Shown: piece by piece, positions 21,401 through 33,925 of the stretch | Position numbering within the stretch: position 1 is the stretch's first letter | Layout of the letters: every line of letters begins with the position of its first letter | Origin: Bispira polyomma | Taxonomy: Eukaryota | Assembly: GCA_965649765.1 (NCBI GenBank) | Contig: OZ287748.1 | Span: 7,440,001-7,504,000, forward strand | Length of the DNA: 64,000 nucleotides | Direction of reading: 5' to 3' | Position numbers and translations under genes: made by a program | Notes under the pieces: model-generated | What the model was told of the DNA's origin: nothing | Database searches by the model: none | The model's input: only the letters and a program-made list of their open reading frames with translations

Positions 21401-24400
21401 AAATCAATAAACTTCATTTTGAAGCTTTAGAGGTACTTAATCAGAATTAGAACCCAAGTAAATTTTTCAGTTGGCAACTTTCAATAGTTTAAGTGTGAAA
21501 AATAGGGAGATACTCTTGATTGGACATTCACATTAGTAGGTGGTCAGGTGGACTGCTGTCACTGTGGCATGGTACCACTACTAAACTATTTTAGGGAAAA
21601 ATCTACAAATAATCTGCTCTTGTTGTACTCATAAGAGTGGGCGTTAGACTTGTAAACTCATTTTTTTCCATGAATGTCTTATTTTGTTTACTCAGTTATG
21701 TCCTTGACGGGAGGATTATAGCTAATCTTGATGAATGTTGTTTTTTCTTTCATGCAAAAGTGGCTCTTTCAATGGTCACTGTGAGAAGATATCAGGAGGA
21801 AACAGACCAGACACGTGACTAATTGACTCGTGAAAGTCAAAGGTCCAGAATTGTACTGAAACCTTAGGGTCTGTATTCACTAACGGACTTAGCCAAGTCT
21901 TAAATCTAGTATACTTTTGTGCTGCACAACATAATAGAACATTATCATATGAAACAGTAGAATAATATCAATTTGGAAGTGTTTATAATATTGAATACAG
22001 TCTATGGAAAATAGAAGTTCAGAGAATGGAGGTTCTAGTGTAGTCGATCTTATGAAAAAGAAGGTTTCGGTTGAAATAGACTTTTGTATCTTGGCCAGAC
22101 TTGTCCTATAAATTGAGTATGTTGATACAGAACTCTGTTCACTTGTCACTGTGAAATCTCTTGAACTAAAACTGGATATGCAGCCGAGTTCATTTGTTGA
22201 ACTGATATCCGGTGTCTAAAGTTTAATTTCCTTTAGAGTTAATATTTATATATTAGCATTATTGCATTTATAGTTAAGTCTCTCATGTATCCACATGCAA
22301 ATCTGCCTCCGACAGATTGTTAAAAAATGAACTGCTTTACTGTTGCATTATCAAATTAAAACCCTGAATTATTGTTTCAAGAAAGAATTATTTACAAAGT
22401 CACATCTCCGCATATATTGTTTTTAAAACTTCATTTAAAAAGCAGATGTATGGAGATTTGGATGTATGAATTTACAATGGAATTATTGTTTTTAGAAATT
22501 AATATATATCTAGTGTGGGATAATAGAAGTGCAGATTATTCACAAGTTCTAGTGTATTTTCAATTAGGCTTAATAATGATATTGGTGTTGGTTTGGTTTC
22601 TTTTTGTCTCATCACAGTGGAAATGTTTTTCGATATCTTTTGCAAGTGACCACCATAGAATAGGCCTTTACTGGTTGGACCTGATTTGGTCAATCTATTT
22701 TGTTATTGAGATACATCTGGCATTTGGTCATTGATTCCTGAAGGAGTAATAAATCTCGAGGGAAAAACAAACTCGGACCTTTCTTAGATAAACACTTACA
22801 GAAATGGTCACTGGTCGCTTATGAATTATGGATGTCTGTTAAGCGAAGAAAAAATGACTTGCTATACTAGGGGGAATTTTTGCTCCAGTAAAAATTCACC
22901 ACTTTAGATATTAATGTAAGTTTGAATCAAATTTATTTTTTATTGTAGATTACTTTTTTATTCTGGAATAGATTAATACATTGGTTTTCACTATTGAAGT
23001 AAAAGATTAAGGTAACTAAGTAAAATTAATTCCTGATGAAAATTTCCATTTATATTATAGTTCTAATAGAATAAGCTGCAAAGGAAATTACTAAGAATGT
23101 TGATGGGGGGGGGGGGGGGGGGGGCTTAAAAGAAATAGCAGAAATTTGTTGATGAAAATACAGGTCCATTCGATATTAGAACAAAATAAACAACTGGGCC
23201 AGTTTATTATTAAAGTGACTGTAAATTATGAGGTACAAAGGCAATCTGGTGGTCAAAGTGTCCTCTTTACCTCTCAGCTTGTATAAGTTATAGGGCTATT
23301 GTTTTTTTACCTAGGTTGTCCGGTTGAGAAAGTTTGTCTCTGTTAGTTCTGAGAAACTTGTAGGCTGAGAAAGTTCATATTGGGTACAAATATTCTTTAG
23401 GGGGTGACTAGCTGTACAATGTCATGATCTTATTTCATCCAAATCTTTGATGCTTTTTTTGGCTTTGTGAATAGTGGAGGAAACAAAGCAAAAACTTAAG
23501 TGAAGAAACAAATTACCTTTAGGTACTGATCTCCGCTGAGTAATTACGGTAATCTGAGGTATTGAAATGAATTGTGCATCACCTTATTGTAAACATTAGC
23601 CTGTACTGTGGTGGCATCTGTACATGATTGTTTGGATTCACAAATTTTTGCATACGTCAGTAGCTTGCTTGATGTGTTCGTCTTGAACCCATTTTGCTAA
23701 GCCGGGTAGCAGAGCAATGGCCGTTGTGTTCAAAATGGAGTGGTTTTACTATTTCCGGCTTCCTTATTTAAGGTAGAAACGAAAATAATGGAAAGGGTTG
23801 CAACTAAAATTCATAAAATTAGTAAACAATTACAACTTTCATTAATATTCACAGCTACTCAAGGGGAATGACTACTTAACAATCTCAAATGCATTCCGAA
23901 AGCTAATTCAATAAGATAAATTTTCAGAAGCTATTTTTTTAAGGGCCTTTCTGTTATGTTCGGCCATCTTGGATTTAACAGGAAATCACCTAGTTCTATA
24001 TTTTTCTAGATGTCTGAAAAAAAAATTAGTTCAGACCTATTTTCATTTATACTGAAATGTCAGGCAAGGACTGATGTTTAATTTGATATATGATTTGTAG
24101 GGCCAGCTCTTCACCAGACCTGAGTATAGCTGAAAAGGCTATAAGATATTATTTAACAAAATTAATAGTGGTCTGACTCCAAATGGGGTTTGTGTCTATG
24201 GATTGCCTGATAGTAATTAAGCTACATTCAGAAAAACAAACCCCAAATCGTCATTTTAAAAATGATGTATTACAATATATTCAATAGAGGGTATTGGATT
24301 GCCTGATATTAATTAACATTCAGAAAAAAGAGACGTTCTTAATTTAAAAAATGATGTGTTACAATACATTCAATAGGGTAAGTACACTGTATTATTAACT

Positions 24401-24507
24401 AGCAACAAGTGTTATATGCAGTCATATTGAATCATGTCAAAAGCTTCTATTGCTTGTTGATCTTTTTACCAAAAGGATTGGTCACTGTGGCTGCCATCTT
24501 TAAAATA

Positions 24508-25019
24508 CCGGTTCTGCTCTTGGAAGCGCCCAGGGGCGAAATCGATGAAAATTCAAAGAAGTTGGGGGTGGGCGTCTGCGAGAATGTGCCGTTATGCGAA
24601 CTCGTTTTTCGCTTCGATCCGTATAAAATGACATAAGGTACATCAAAATCACTTATTTTATCTGTTAAATAGAATAATCAACAAATCCATACAATTTCTT
24701 GTGAAAAACAGCCCCATTTTGTTGTTTTTATCTTCAACTGTGTACCGGAAATTACAGGTGCTCCCAGGTGAGAAAATGTCACCATTGTTAGTGTACACAG
24801 GAAGCGCAAATGATGGCTGTTTATATGACCCAAGTTACCTTAAACTGGTATGTTTTACAAAGTTTTGCATATAAAAACATCGATTTTTGGTAGTTTCTTT
24901 ATGGTATTTGTTGTTATATGATACGTTTTTTGCAAAATTAATTGGCCGTTTTCCGTGATATTTGAAAAGTTGGGGATGGGCGTTTACGCGAACATGGGCA
25001 AGATGGAGAGAGGAACCGG
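24508..25019. mobile_element. ~0.5 kb MITE, copy 1 (TA-flanked, TIR CCGGTTCYGCTCT)
   Basis: TA|CCGGTTCTGCTCT ... AGAGAGGAACCGG|TA. Highly similar along its length to 53345-53819. Confidence 0.85.
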
Positions 25020-25670
25020 TAGTTCCTTTACCGTTTAAGGGAGAATTATTTTGTAGCTATTCTGAGTAAATCTAACCTATTCCTTATGTTATGTAGCACT
25101 ATTGCAGATATTATTGCCTAATATTTATGACAGGTGTACTGTATCAATAACTTGTTTGACATTGAAATGACCTGTATAAAATGAATGTTTTCTTTCTTAT
25201 ATATGTTTTTCACTATTAACGAGTTGGACACATGATTTAAAATTAACATGTGTTCCCATTTGGTAAAAACATAAACACAAACATTTGTTCCTGAAAACCT
25301 GATTATGGCCAGAAAAGCAGTGTTCAGTTAGTGAATTGTATTGCTTGAAATTATAATCAATATGTCTGTAAAATGTTTTCAAGACTAAAAATAAAATTGT
25401 ACAAAACTATTGTCTCTTTGAACATCAATATAAACTCTCGAAAAAATGTGAAAAAAGGAACCATTAGGAATCACAGAAAGTGATAATTTTATTTACGGCT
25501 GATACACTCTGTATTCACAGTTATATTGGCAAGTGCTAATGCAACTGTCATTTGAATGACATTTGTATTCATTATCTGGAAGCAGATGTTGACAAGGTAT
25601 GACAGCGTTCAGTTGGATGTTGCTAGTTAGTTACATTTGGAAGCTTTGTAGTCTTCACTTGATGGTTACT

Positions 25671-25793
25671 ATAGGAATAACACCCGACAAAGCATGGTAT
25701 ATGCAGAATTTTACCATGATTTAAGGTGTAGGCCCACGAAGGCGAAGAATGGTAAAATTCTGCGTATATCATGCTTTGAAGTGTTATTCCTAT
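25671..25793. repeat. Long hairpin/palindrome
   Basis: ATAGGAATAACAC..AAAGCATGGTATATGCAGAATTTTACCAT pairs with ATGGTAAAATTCTGCGTATATCATGCTTT..GTGTTATTCCTAT around a ~31 nt loop. A third partial arm copy lies at ~25932-25952. Confidence 0.8.
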
Positions 25794-26199
25794 TCTAACA
25801 TGACAAAGTAATAAACAAGATAAAACTGGCCTTAAATTTACAAAATAACCATATATTTTGGTGATAAACGTAAATAAACTTGGCTGTTCCATCTTAATTA
25901 CATTTGCAGTGGAACTGATGAAGCAGTTAGGGGTATACGCAGAATTTTACCCAGGCTGTCTGCCAATTAGAATTGCTGACACAGCGATGTCATTAAAATA
26001 CAACATTCTGTTTGAAGTTTGTCAGTTTTTGTCCATTGTTTCAGTCATTTTACTTGCACATGTAATGACCGCAAAAACCACTATTATATGAACATGCATG
26101 TTACTGTAGAATAAAAAAAAATTCTGATACCGAAAGGCTCATAGAGAAAGAATTTTAGTGTATTAAACAATGGGCGAATACAAATTTGAAAGAATACAA

Positions 26200-26436
26200 T
26201 GTTTTATTGGGGTATTGCATCCCTTTTAACATCTTTGGTAATAGTGTTATGGCCCAATTTATTGGTGAAGGAAACCAGTACTTTTTTTACTGAAAGAAAA
26301 TATTGATATATGGAAAGTACCTGGCAAACTTTTCTGTATGAAGGAAGCAGTGCGATTTGATTCCACTGTCCTCAGAGGTCAGAGGCTTGAGATACTAAAG
26401 CAGACTCTGATAACCACCAGTTCACCCTGGCTCCTA
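26200..26436 (-). mobile_element. Degenerate tRNA-derived SINE
   Basis: The minus strand reads GGAGCCAGGGTGAACTGGTGGTTA..ACCTCTGAGGACAGTGGAATCAAATCGCACTGC..TTCACCAATAAA, colinear with 32596-32850. Confidence 0.55.
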
Positions 26437-27362
26437 GTACATGTAATATAGGTAGAGTAGTATGACTTCCACAGTTGACAAGTCCATAAGTTTAAAACTT
26501 AAAAAGTTATTTGTTTTTCTTTGTGTAATGTTAAAATATATAAATCCCCTGATTTCATGGATGAAAAACTACATACAGCTATTGGAATTGCCATAATACA
26601 ATTGCTTTTGTCAGTTTTGTTACAGAATATCACCTTTAGAATAGTTGGGAGAATAGAAAACATACATATATATATATATATACATATTTTACAAAATATA
26701 TTTGTTAACACACTTAGCAAACATGGTTACATATTACAAAAAGGTTGAAGTGTTTAGTTTAAAACTTGATTTAAGTTCTTTTTCAGTTGAGTCTAGGTTA
26801 AGAGGTTTTAAGTTGGATTGTTTTTTCGTTGTGGCTATATTATCTTCAAACCTGAACACATCATGTGAAAAAAAAAAAAGAAGGTTTGTTGTAATTTGCA
26901 TTATTATGCAAATTAATTGTAATGGTAATTAGACTTTTATTGCGCTTAATCTACCCTTAACAAAGGGGACTCTAAGGTGCACCAGCACAAAAGACAGTGA
27001 TCCAATTTCCAAAATCAAGGGACAGAAAAAGGGTCAGCAACATAGAGCGCGCCGGGAGACGATTGAGACTAAGGTGGATATGGTATAGTGTACAAGTGGG
27101 TTTTAAGCTTCTTTCTAAAACAGACTAGTGAGGGGGAAGCAAATCCTATACTTCAACTGGCTACATACTATGGTGGATAAATAATAATACTCAGTCTTCA
27201 TTTGCTAATTTCATAGAATATGATCATTTTTAATAAGTTATTGTTGATTTACAGAAATCTCTGTTATACACAGAACTCTTAAGTAACAGTAAGATCTAGG
27301 TGAATCAAACTGAGAACACTAATGAAGCACTGATCAGTAGTTTTCTTTTGCCAGTTTACTAA

Positions 27363-28973
27363 TTAAGCGTCCCTTGAAAAGGGCGCTTATTTGGTTTCAC
27401 CCCTGGTTTCCTCGCCGCCGCCACCGCATAGTCTTCCTTAAATATCTCCTTCAATATTATCTGCATCAAAATTATTTTTGGCCGTTCTCTTAACCAGGAG
27501 TGGGAAATTTTTTTCATATACTTGGCTTTGAACTTTGGCCTACTTAAATGTCAGGTGACCCTGGGGGTGTAAAAGTGCTTGTCACTAGGTTTTCTCAGAA
27601 AGTATTCATCATAGCTCAATGAAATTTGGTATGTACCTTGGTAAGGCAATTTTCAGGATGGGAGACGCTGATGAGATTAATCGGATGATAATTGACCAAT
27701 TGCCAACCGATTGATTTTTATTGAAATGCGAAAAATCGGTACTTTTTTGCAATCTCAGAAACTATTGGGATTTCGGCTTTTTCTTGGTATAAGTTATTCA
27801 TCTACTTTTTGATTTTATGTATGATGTAAAGATTTCACAGTTCTAAGTCCAGTACTCAATGAGTACTGAGTACTTCAAATGAGTAACTTGCTCTATTTTG
27901 CTCTATCTTGCACTTTTATCAACTTTTCTTTTGAAGTACTTGTCATAGTTCAATGAAATTTAGCATGCACATTGCAAATACCAAAGCATAGATGTCCGTA
28001 AATTTTTAGATCAATCTGGTGATAATTGACTGATTGACAGGGTCGATCAATCATACAAAATGGGGAAAAAAATGTGTTGATGGGTGCTCTTTTGAGCGTA
28101 TGAGGATTTTTTATATTTTTAATTTTAGACCAGTACATGCAGTGCGTAACTTTTAAAGAATAGCCTGAATTTTTATTTATTTTTTACCCCATCCAAAAAT
28201 ATGCGATCGTTACTGATATAAAACGATTTCAATTTCAAAAATTTTAAAAGTTAAGGTTTTTAAAACGTCCATTATCTCGGAAACGGTGCTAGATAGAGCG
28301 ATTTCGAGCTTATTTTTGACCCCAGGGTTGATTTTGGCTATATGTAAAATTTCAAAAAAATTTCAATTTTGGTGGCCATCTTGAATTTCTGCGTCTTTTT
28401 CAAAAATGTCCATTATCTCGGAAACGGTGCTAGATAGAGCGATTTCGAGCTCATTTTCGACCCACAGGGTTGATTTTGCTCATATGTAAAGTTTCAAAAA
28501 ATTTTCAATTTTAGCGGCCATCTTGAATTTCTGCGTCTTTTTCGAAAATGTCTGTTATCTCGGAAACGGTGCTAGATAGAGCGATTTCGAGCTCATTTTC
28601 GACCCTCAGGGTTGTTTTTGCTTATATTTATACTTTTAAAAAAATGTTCGATTTTGGTGGCCATCTTGAATTTCTGCGTCTTTTTCGAAAATGTCTTTTA
28701 TCTCGGAAACGGTGCTAGATAGAGCGATTTCCTTATATGTAAACTTTTGAAGTAATTTTTGATTTGGGCAACCAGCTTCATTTTCTGCGTCGTTTTCGAA
28801 AATGTCTGTTATCTCGGAAATGGTGCCATATAGAGCGATTTCGAGCTTATATTTGACCAAAAGTGCTGATTCTGCTTATATGTCAACTTTTAAACAATAT
28901 CAAACCTTATACACTAAACAATTTCATTATTATTTTAACTTTAGGGACGCTTCCTTTTGTTACAACCTATAGT
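27363..28973 (+). mobile_element. Non-autonomous Helentron/HINE-like element with an internal ~142 bp tandem array
   Basis: 5' hairpin TAAGCGTCCCTT-GAA-AAGGGCGCTTA followed by a (CCG)n-like tract. The subterminal inverted repeat AAGCGTCCCT (27365-27374) pairs with AGGGACGCTT (28943-28952). About 4.5 units containing TATCTCGGAAACGGTGCTAGATAGAGCGATTTC lie at ~28260-28880. Ends are uncertain by a few bp. Confidence 0.7.
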
Positions 28974-30047
28974 TTGGTCATGTTCTGTCAAAGGAAGACC
29001 CTCAGTAACAGTTGGATTCCCATTGAGGTGTCTGTGTCTTGTGATAGACTCCAAGCACAGTGTCTCGCTTAAGATGTTGCAGAATCTCTTCCGAAATATG
29101 GCATAAATGATGAAATTGATGGAAGAATTGAGCACCTCGAAGGTGTTGCTAATGTGTATGAGAAAGAAGGCAGGCTGCATGCAGCTGGTGAAGTAGTATT
29201 TGTAGACCATTTGCACAATCCTAGCAGGTGCCTGGCATACCATGAAGACAATCACCACGATTATCATCACTAGGGTTATGTTGTTATCATTATCTACTCT
29301 CCTCGAAGTCATCCTTTGTTTCCTTCGTTGGATGGCTTGGAAAGTCACTATAACTTTTGTATTAACAATAGCCAGTATCAACAGTGGCAAGATAAATGTA
29401 AACATGTAGTACATTAAATCATTATATATCAACTTGTAGGCAGGGTTGTTTCCCAATGCGGTATAATCCCAACTTATGGTTCCATTATTGTGCGTTATGG
29501 TTAGCTCAAAATATTTGGGTATATTATAAGCAATTGTAAATATGGTAACTGTGAAGACTTCCTTGTAGACATTATGCATTGAACAAAAGTGAGGGGCTCT
29601 GTATGGCAGGCATACTGCCATAAATCGATTGAGAGCGATTATCACTGTAAGCCATATGGTTTGCATTTGAGCCATATAGAGGAGAGGAAAGGTGTACAGT
29701 CTGATGTAGATGAAGAGCGAGGTTGTCGCCGTGGCAAAGAAGAGATAGAACTGTCTGATGCTGTAGTGAACACACCAGAGTACCAGGAAACAGTTGTCTG
29801 CTATGGCGAGACTTCGCAGCAAAAAGCAAGCCACTGGACTGCTCTGGTCTCTCACCAGGACAAAGAAAGAGAGCACATTGCCAGTAAAGCCAAAGACACA
29901 TATGATGCCGCAGACTATGCCGTACAGTATGAACAGAATCAACTGGCAGCCAATTTGAACCTCTGCATCCACAGTTGGGGTGACTGTTGAAGAGTTTAGC
30001 AGCCAATTGTCAGCGGTTCCATTTACACCTCCATTTAGTAGATCCAT
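28941..30047 (-). CDS. Rhodopsin-class 7TM GPCR, FMRFamide-receptor-like family, single coding exon, 368 aa
   Basis: Seven hydrophobic segments with class A peptide-receptor motifs: GFTGNVLS (TM1), LAIADNCFL (TM2), IALNRFMAVCLP (TM3), YNIPKYFE (TM4), FILPLLIL (TM5), FMVCQAP (TM6), NSSINFIIY (TM7). N-terminal sequons NGT and NSS. First ATG at 30047. Confidence 0.93.
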   Translation of the reverse strand: MDLLNGGVNGTADNWLLNSSTVTPTVDAEVQIGCQLILFILYGIVCGIICVFGFTGNVLSFFVLVRDQSSPVACFLLRSLAIADNCFLVLWCVHYSIRQFYLFFATATTSLFIYIRLYTFPLLYMAQMQTIWLTVIIALNRFMAVCLPYRAPHFCSMHNVYKEVFTVTIFTIAYNIPKYFELTITHNNGTISWDYTALGNNPAYKLIYNDLMYYMFTFILPLLILAIVNTKVIVTFQAIQRRKQRMTSRRVDNDNNITLVMIIVVIVFMVCQAPARIVQMVYKYYFTSCMQPAFFLIHISNTFEVLNSSINFIIYAIFRKRFCNILSETLCLESITRHRHLNGNPTVTEGLPLTEHDQTIGCNKRKRP

Positions 30048-30261
30048 ATTGAATATCAAGTATCTGTCTACATTAGATCATAAGTATTCTGTAAAGTATC
30101 TGTTTACTTTGAAGTTACTTCCCAGTAAACTATTCTGTGTTATATGAGCATCATGAGTGCCCTTAAAGGTTGACGTCATAGCGCTCTAAGTCAGTTTAAA
30201 TAGTCTTTCGTTGTGCAGCACTACTCCATAGATTAACTCGGGCTTTAAACTTCTCTCAACC

Positions 30262-30292
30262 CCTGAAAATATAGAAGAGAAAAATTAAATAA
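30262..30292 (-). promoter_or_regulatory. Candidate splice acceptor of the GPCR coding exon (implies an upstream 5' UTR exon)
   Basis: The minus strand reads TTTAATTTTTCTCTTCTATATTTTCAG|GG about 215 nt upstream of the ATG, with a strong polypyrimidine tract. Confidence 0.55.
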
Positions 30293-32595
30293 AAGCAAAA
30301 CTGAAGTAATTCTATATTTTAGATACATGTTTAAACTACCAATAATCCTTTGATGAAAATCTCATCTAAAAAATTTCTATAATGGCGCTTAATATCTGTA
30401 CTAGCGGATTCCAAGGGTGCAATAACCAAAATGTCTTTGCTACAGTATAATGAACTTAAATTGTGCGTGATTAGTAGGCAAATGTCAGAAATAATGAAGA
30501 CTTATAAAAGACTTATAAAAATATATGATAATTCTAAAAAGAATTAGATTTTCCAACGATAATTACATAAGTGCTTCTGGTGAAAAAGTCATTATTTTCT
30601 TATAATTGAGCCAGAATTTCATATATAACTGCATCTATATCTATAATATATGAACAAAGACACCAATAAGAAGGGCAATATTTTCTTATCAAAGTAATTT
30701 TGTGGCCTTTATATTCACTTCACACCTTTACCAATTTTTAATAACTGTTGCCAAGTTAAATTTACTTTGTTATGGAAAACACGTCAGTATGAATAAAGAG
30801 TGTGCCTAATAGATTTTGTAAGCACAGGGGTAAGCGGTGTAAAAGTTTGATTACATATATATCATACTTTATAAGTGAAAATGTTCAGTAAGAATCAATA
30901 TGTTAGCTATTTTCAATAAAAAAACTTTGATAGTGAAAAGTGTTTACCTGTGAAATTAAAATTTTAATTAATCCTTGAGGTAAAAATGGCCAATTCGGCA
31001 GTTCATTTTAAAATTGTCAATAAAAAACATTTTATTTACAGCTGTATATTATGTTATATCTTGAAGAGTTTCCCATTTTCAAAATATTTTGTTTGTTTTC
31101 TGGATGTTTTCACATGTATAATACTGAAGTCTAAAGGCTGTCATAACATATAGCAATTTATTGATATATATGCCATTTTTGAACATATTTGATGTAGTGC
31201 TTCTCTCTAAGAGTATCAATTTCAATATGACTTTGGCAGATGTAGAGTATTCAGTTGACTTCTTAGTATTATGACTTTGATAATAATCAACATATTGTTT
31301 AACTTTATGTTTGTGGCTCAGACACTCTTTCTTACATTATACAGTCTAACTTTCAATGATTGATTTTAATTGACTTGTTTACTTCTTTGTATTTGTTTAC
31401 TCAGTGAACAATGATACACCCTGAAATCTCATCTTTTATGCCATAAATCAAATAGCTGGAGAGTTAGGCTAACACAGCTTGTTATAAGGAATGTATGTTC
31501 ATAAGGTATCCGAAGAAGTTAATTACATTGATTGGCATGTGCTTACAAGTTACAACAGGTGTAACAAGAAAGTGTGTTTGAAGAATAAGGTATGCAAAGC
31601 TCAAGTAGATCATCTGCAAACAGTGGGATCTTGGCTTGAGTTGTCCTTTAACCCATAAGGTCAGAGGTGTGTGATTTCACTTGTTTACTTCTGTTGATGT
31701 GAGTGGTCAGTGTTCACTCGTTTATTTTTATGATTTTGTTTTCCATTTCTTAGCTACAGCTTTTGGAACATTGGAATGTCTTACGAGTGAATAGGACTTT
31801 AGGGGGAGGTAGTTTAATGGACTGGTCAGAGACTTGAGATAATGACCCGGGGTCATTATATAAAGAACAATTTTTTATCTCCTGTGAAATATTTTAAAAT
31901 GTTCCTTTTAGATTGCCAGAAAACTTGCTGCAATAACACCATTAACTTGAGAGCCTCTGGAAAAAAAATTTTACTGGAAGAAGTTATTGCTTTTTTACTT
32001 CACCAATGTAAAGTAAATGTTTAACAATTTTTATTTGGTAAATGTTAAATATAAATTTGCATCTATATAGCACTGTTTCTTGGTAGGTCAAAGCACAGTA
32101 CACAGTTTCCATCCCCAGCCCTAATATATTGTTCTTGTATATTTGTTTTACCCAGACACAGCCTGATATTGAATACAATAAGCTTACATTACGCCTCTGT
32201 GTGTGGAATTGATATTTCAGAAAGACCATTTTTAAGGAGAGGATCAGTAGAACTTGGTAAAAGAGAGAAAAAGGAAATCTAGTTAAGAATCCCATTTAGC
32301 TGGCTGTACAGGGTTTATTTAGTTACATCTAGATCTACATTAGTGAGTCGGCAGAGGTTTCTTTGTAAGGGCCATTTGTTAATTTGGCCTATCTGAGCTT
32401 GTTCGGAAAAACTGAGAGGATTCAGGAAGGATTCAGGAAGGCTGGTTCTTGTGTCAGTGTTAATGTCATAATGGGACGAGTTCCTTGATAATGGAATTAT
32501 AACATTGTGTATGATAAAACTATTTATCATAAAAAAATTTAGAATAAGACTTTTCAATATTTAAATGATCCTTCAGTTGTCCATTTGCAGACATT

Positions 32596-32850
32596 GGTGG
32601 CCTTATGTTGTAAAGTAGCTTATGCTTAAGCATTTGGTTTACAGACCCTTTTCTTGTATCCCACCTCTGAGGGCAGTGGTTCAAATCCCACTGCTCCTCT
32701 GATATGGAAAAACATCTGTCGGATACTTATTGTAGGTCAACGCTTTCGAGTACAAACACAATATCCATTCATATATGTACCAAATTCCAACACCAATAAT
32801 CAATTTAGCCATAATGTGATATAAGCTGAGCTTTTAAAAGCGACATAAAA
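32596..32850 (+). mobile_element. Degenerate tRNA-derived SINE
   Basis: GGTGGCCTTA head, B-box region CCACCTCTGAGGGCAGTGGTTCAAATCCCACTGC, and 3' CACCAATAA..GATATAAGCTGA..AAAAGCGACATAAAA. Confidence 0.6.
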
Positions 32851-33329
32851 GTTTAGACCCAAATGCGGGGAATGTAATCCTAATTTTAGTCAATTCAATA
32901 TAAGGTTACCCAAATGTTTTTTATCTCCTTGTCTCATTTTTACCTCTAGCTTATATGCTGTGGGTATACGGATGAAGTGGCTGAACAAGTGTCTCCAGAC
33001 TAGTTCTGGGTAACTCTGAGGCAAGGAAGCTCATATTTAGTATAAATATTCCTCAGGTGTGTGCAACGTCCTAGTTTAATTTTACCCAAAGGCTGTGGGG
33101 TGTTAACATATCCAATGCTATTTTCGGAAATATTTTCTGTCTGTGTCACAGTTAGCAAATGTTTCACTAAACGACAATGTTGAGTCTGGAGAAAATGTCT
33201 ATATTTATGGAGAAATTGATGGTGAATTTTATTTGTGAGTTAATTTTTTGTCTTGATTTACAAAGATTCCAGGAACATATCTTCATTAACTTAAAATTAC
33301 CTAATACGTAAGAATGAACCGAAAGAAAA

Positions 33330-33925
33330 AATGAACTTACCCCCTGTCGTAATCCTTAGATTTATTACATATACTCTCATCACTCATTATTAGCTTGTAA
33401 CACAAGGATATTGCGGAGTAAAAATGTTAAGGATAAAGCTCATGTTTCAATTATATTCTGTTCAATCTTCTATTGTTTTATACTTAAATCCATGCTCTTC
33501 GTAATTGACATGAACTGAAAGACAAAATTAACTTACACTGTTCCTTATTAGGTTGTTTGGATGTATTATCATGGCACATTCTTAGTATAAAACGCGAGAA
33601 TATTATTATCAAGTAACAATTTTAACCATTAAAGTTCATGTTTCAATTTTTGTTCTGTTTAGTTCTCCATTGCTTGATAAATAAAGACATACTTAAAAAT
33701 CCAATGCAAAATGCTTCCTGTTGTCAATAGTTTAAACCCAAAGAAAAAACAGAATCCACTTACCTTGTTGCTCAAATTTGTTATATGCAAGGTATTTTCA
33801 TCGCACATTATTAGTATAAAACTCGGGAATATTCTCAAGTAAAATTTTTAACCATACAACCCGTGTTTAAATGTTCAGTCTTTTATATTGTTTGATAACG
33901 ACATGCTTAAAATCCCGTCCCAAAT
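33330..33925. repeat. Three diverged tandem units of ~200-225 bp
   Basis: Each unit carries ACTTAC..CAT..CATT(A/C)TTAG..ATATT..AGTAA.AAT.TTAA..TGTTT(C/A)AAT..CTTAAA(A)TCC; units start near 33335, 33531 and 33758. Confidence 0.6.

Noticed and set aside
26930-27145. Possible L2/CR1 LINE 3' remnant on the minus strand
   Set aside because: Only a vague resemblance; no translatable RT fragment could be recovered.
29069-30006. Alternative-frame and antisense ORFs over the GPCR
   Set aside because: Shadow ORFs of the real CDS with no independent support.
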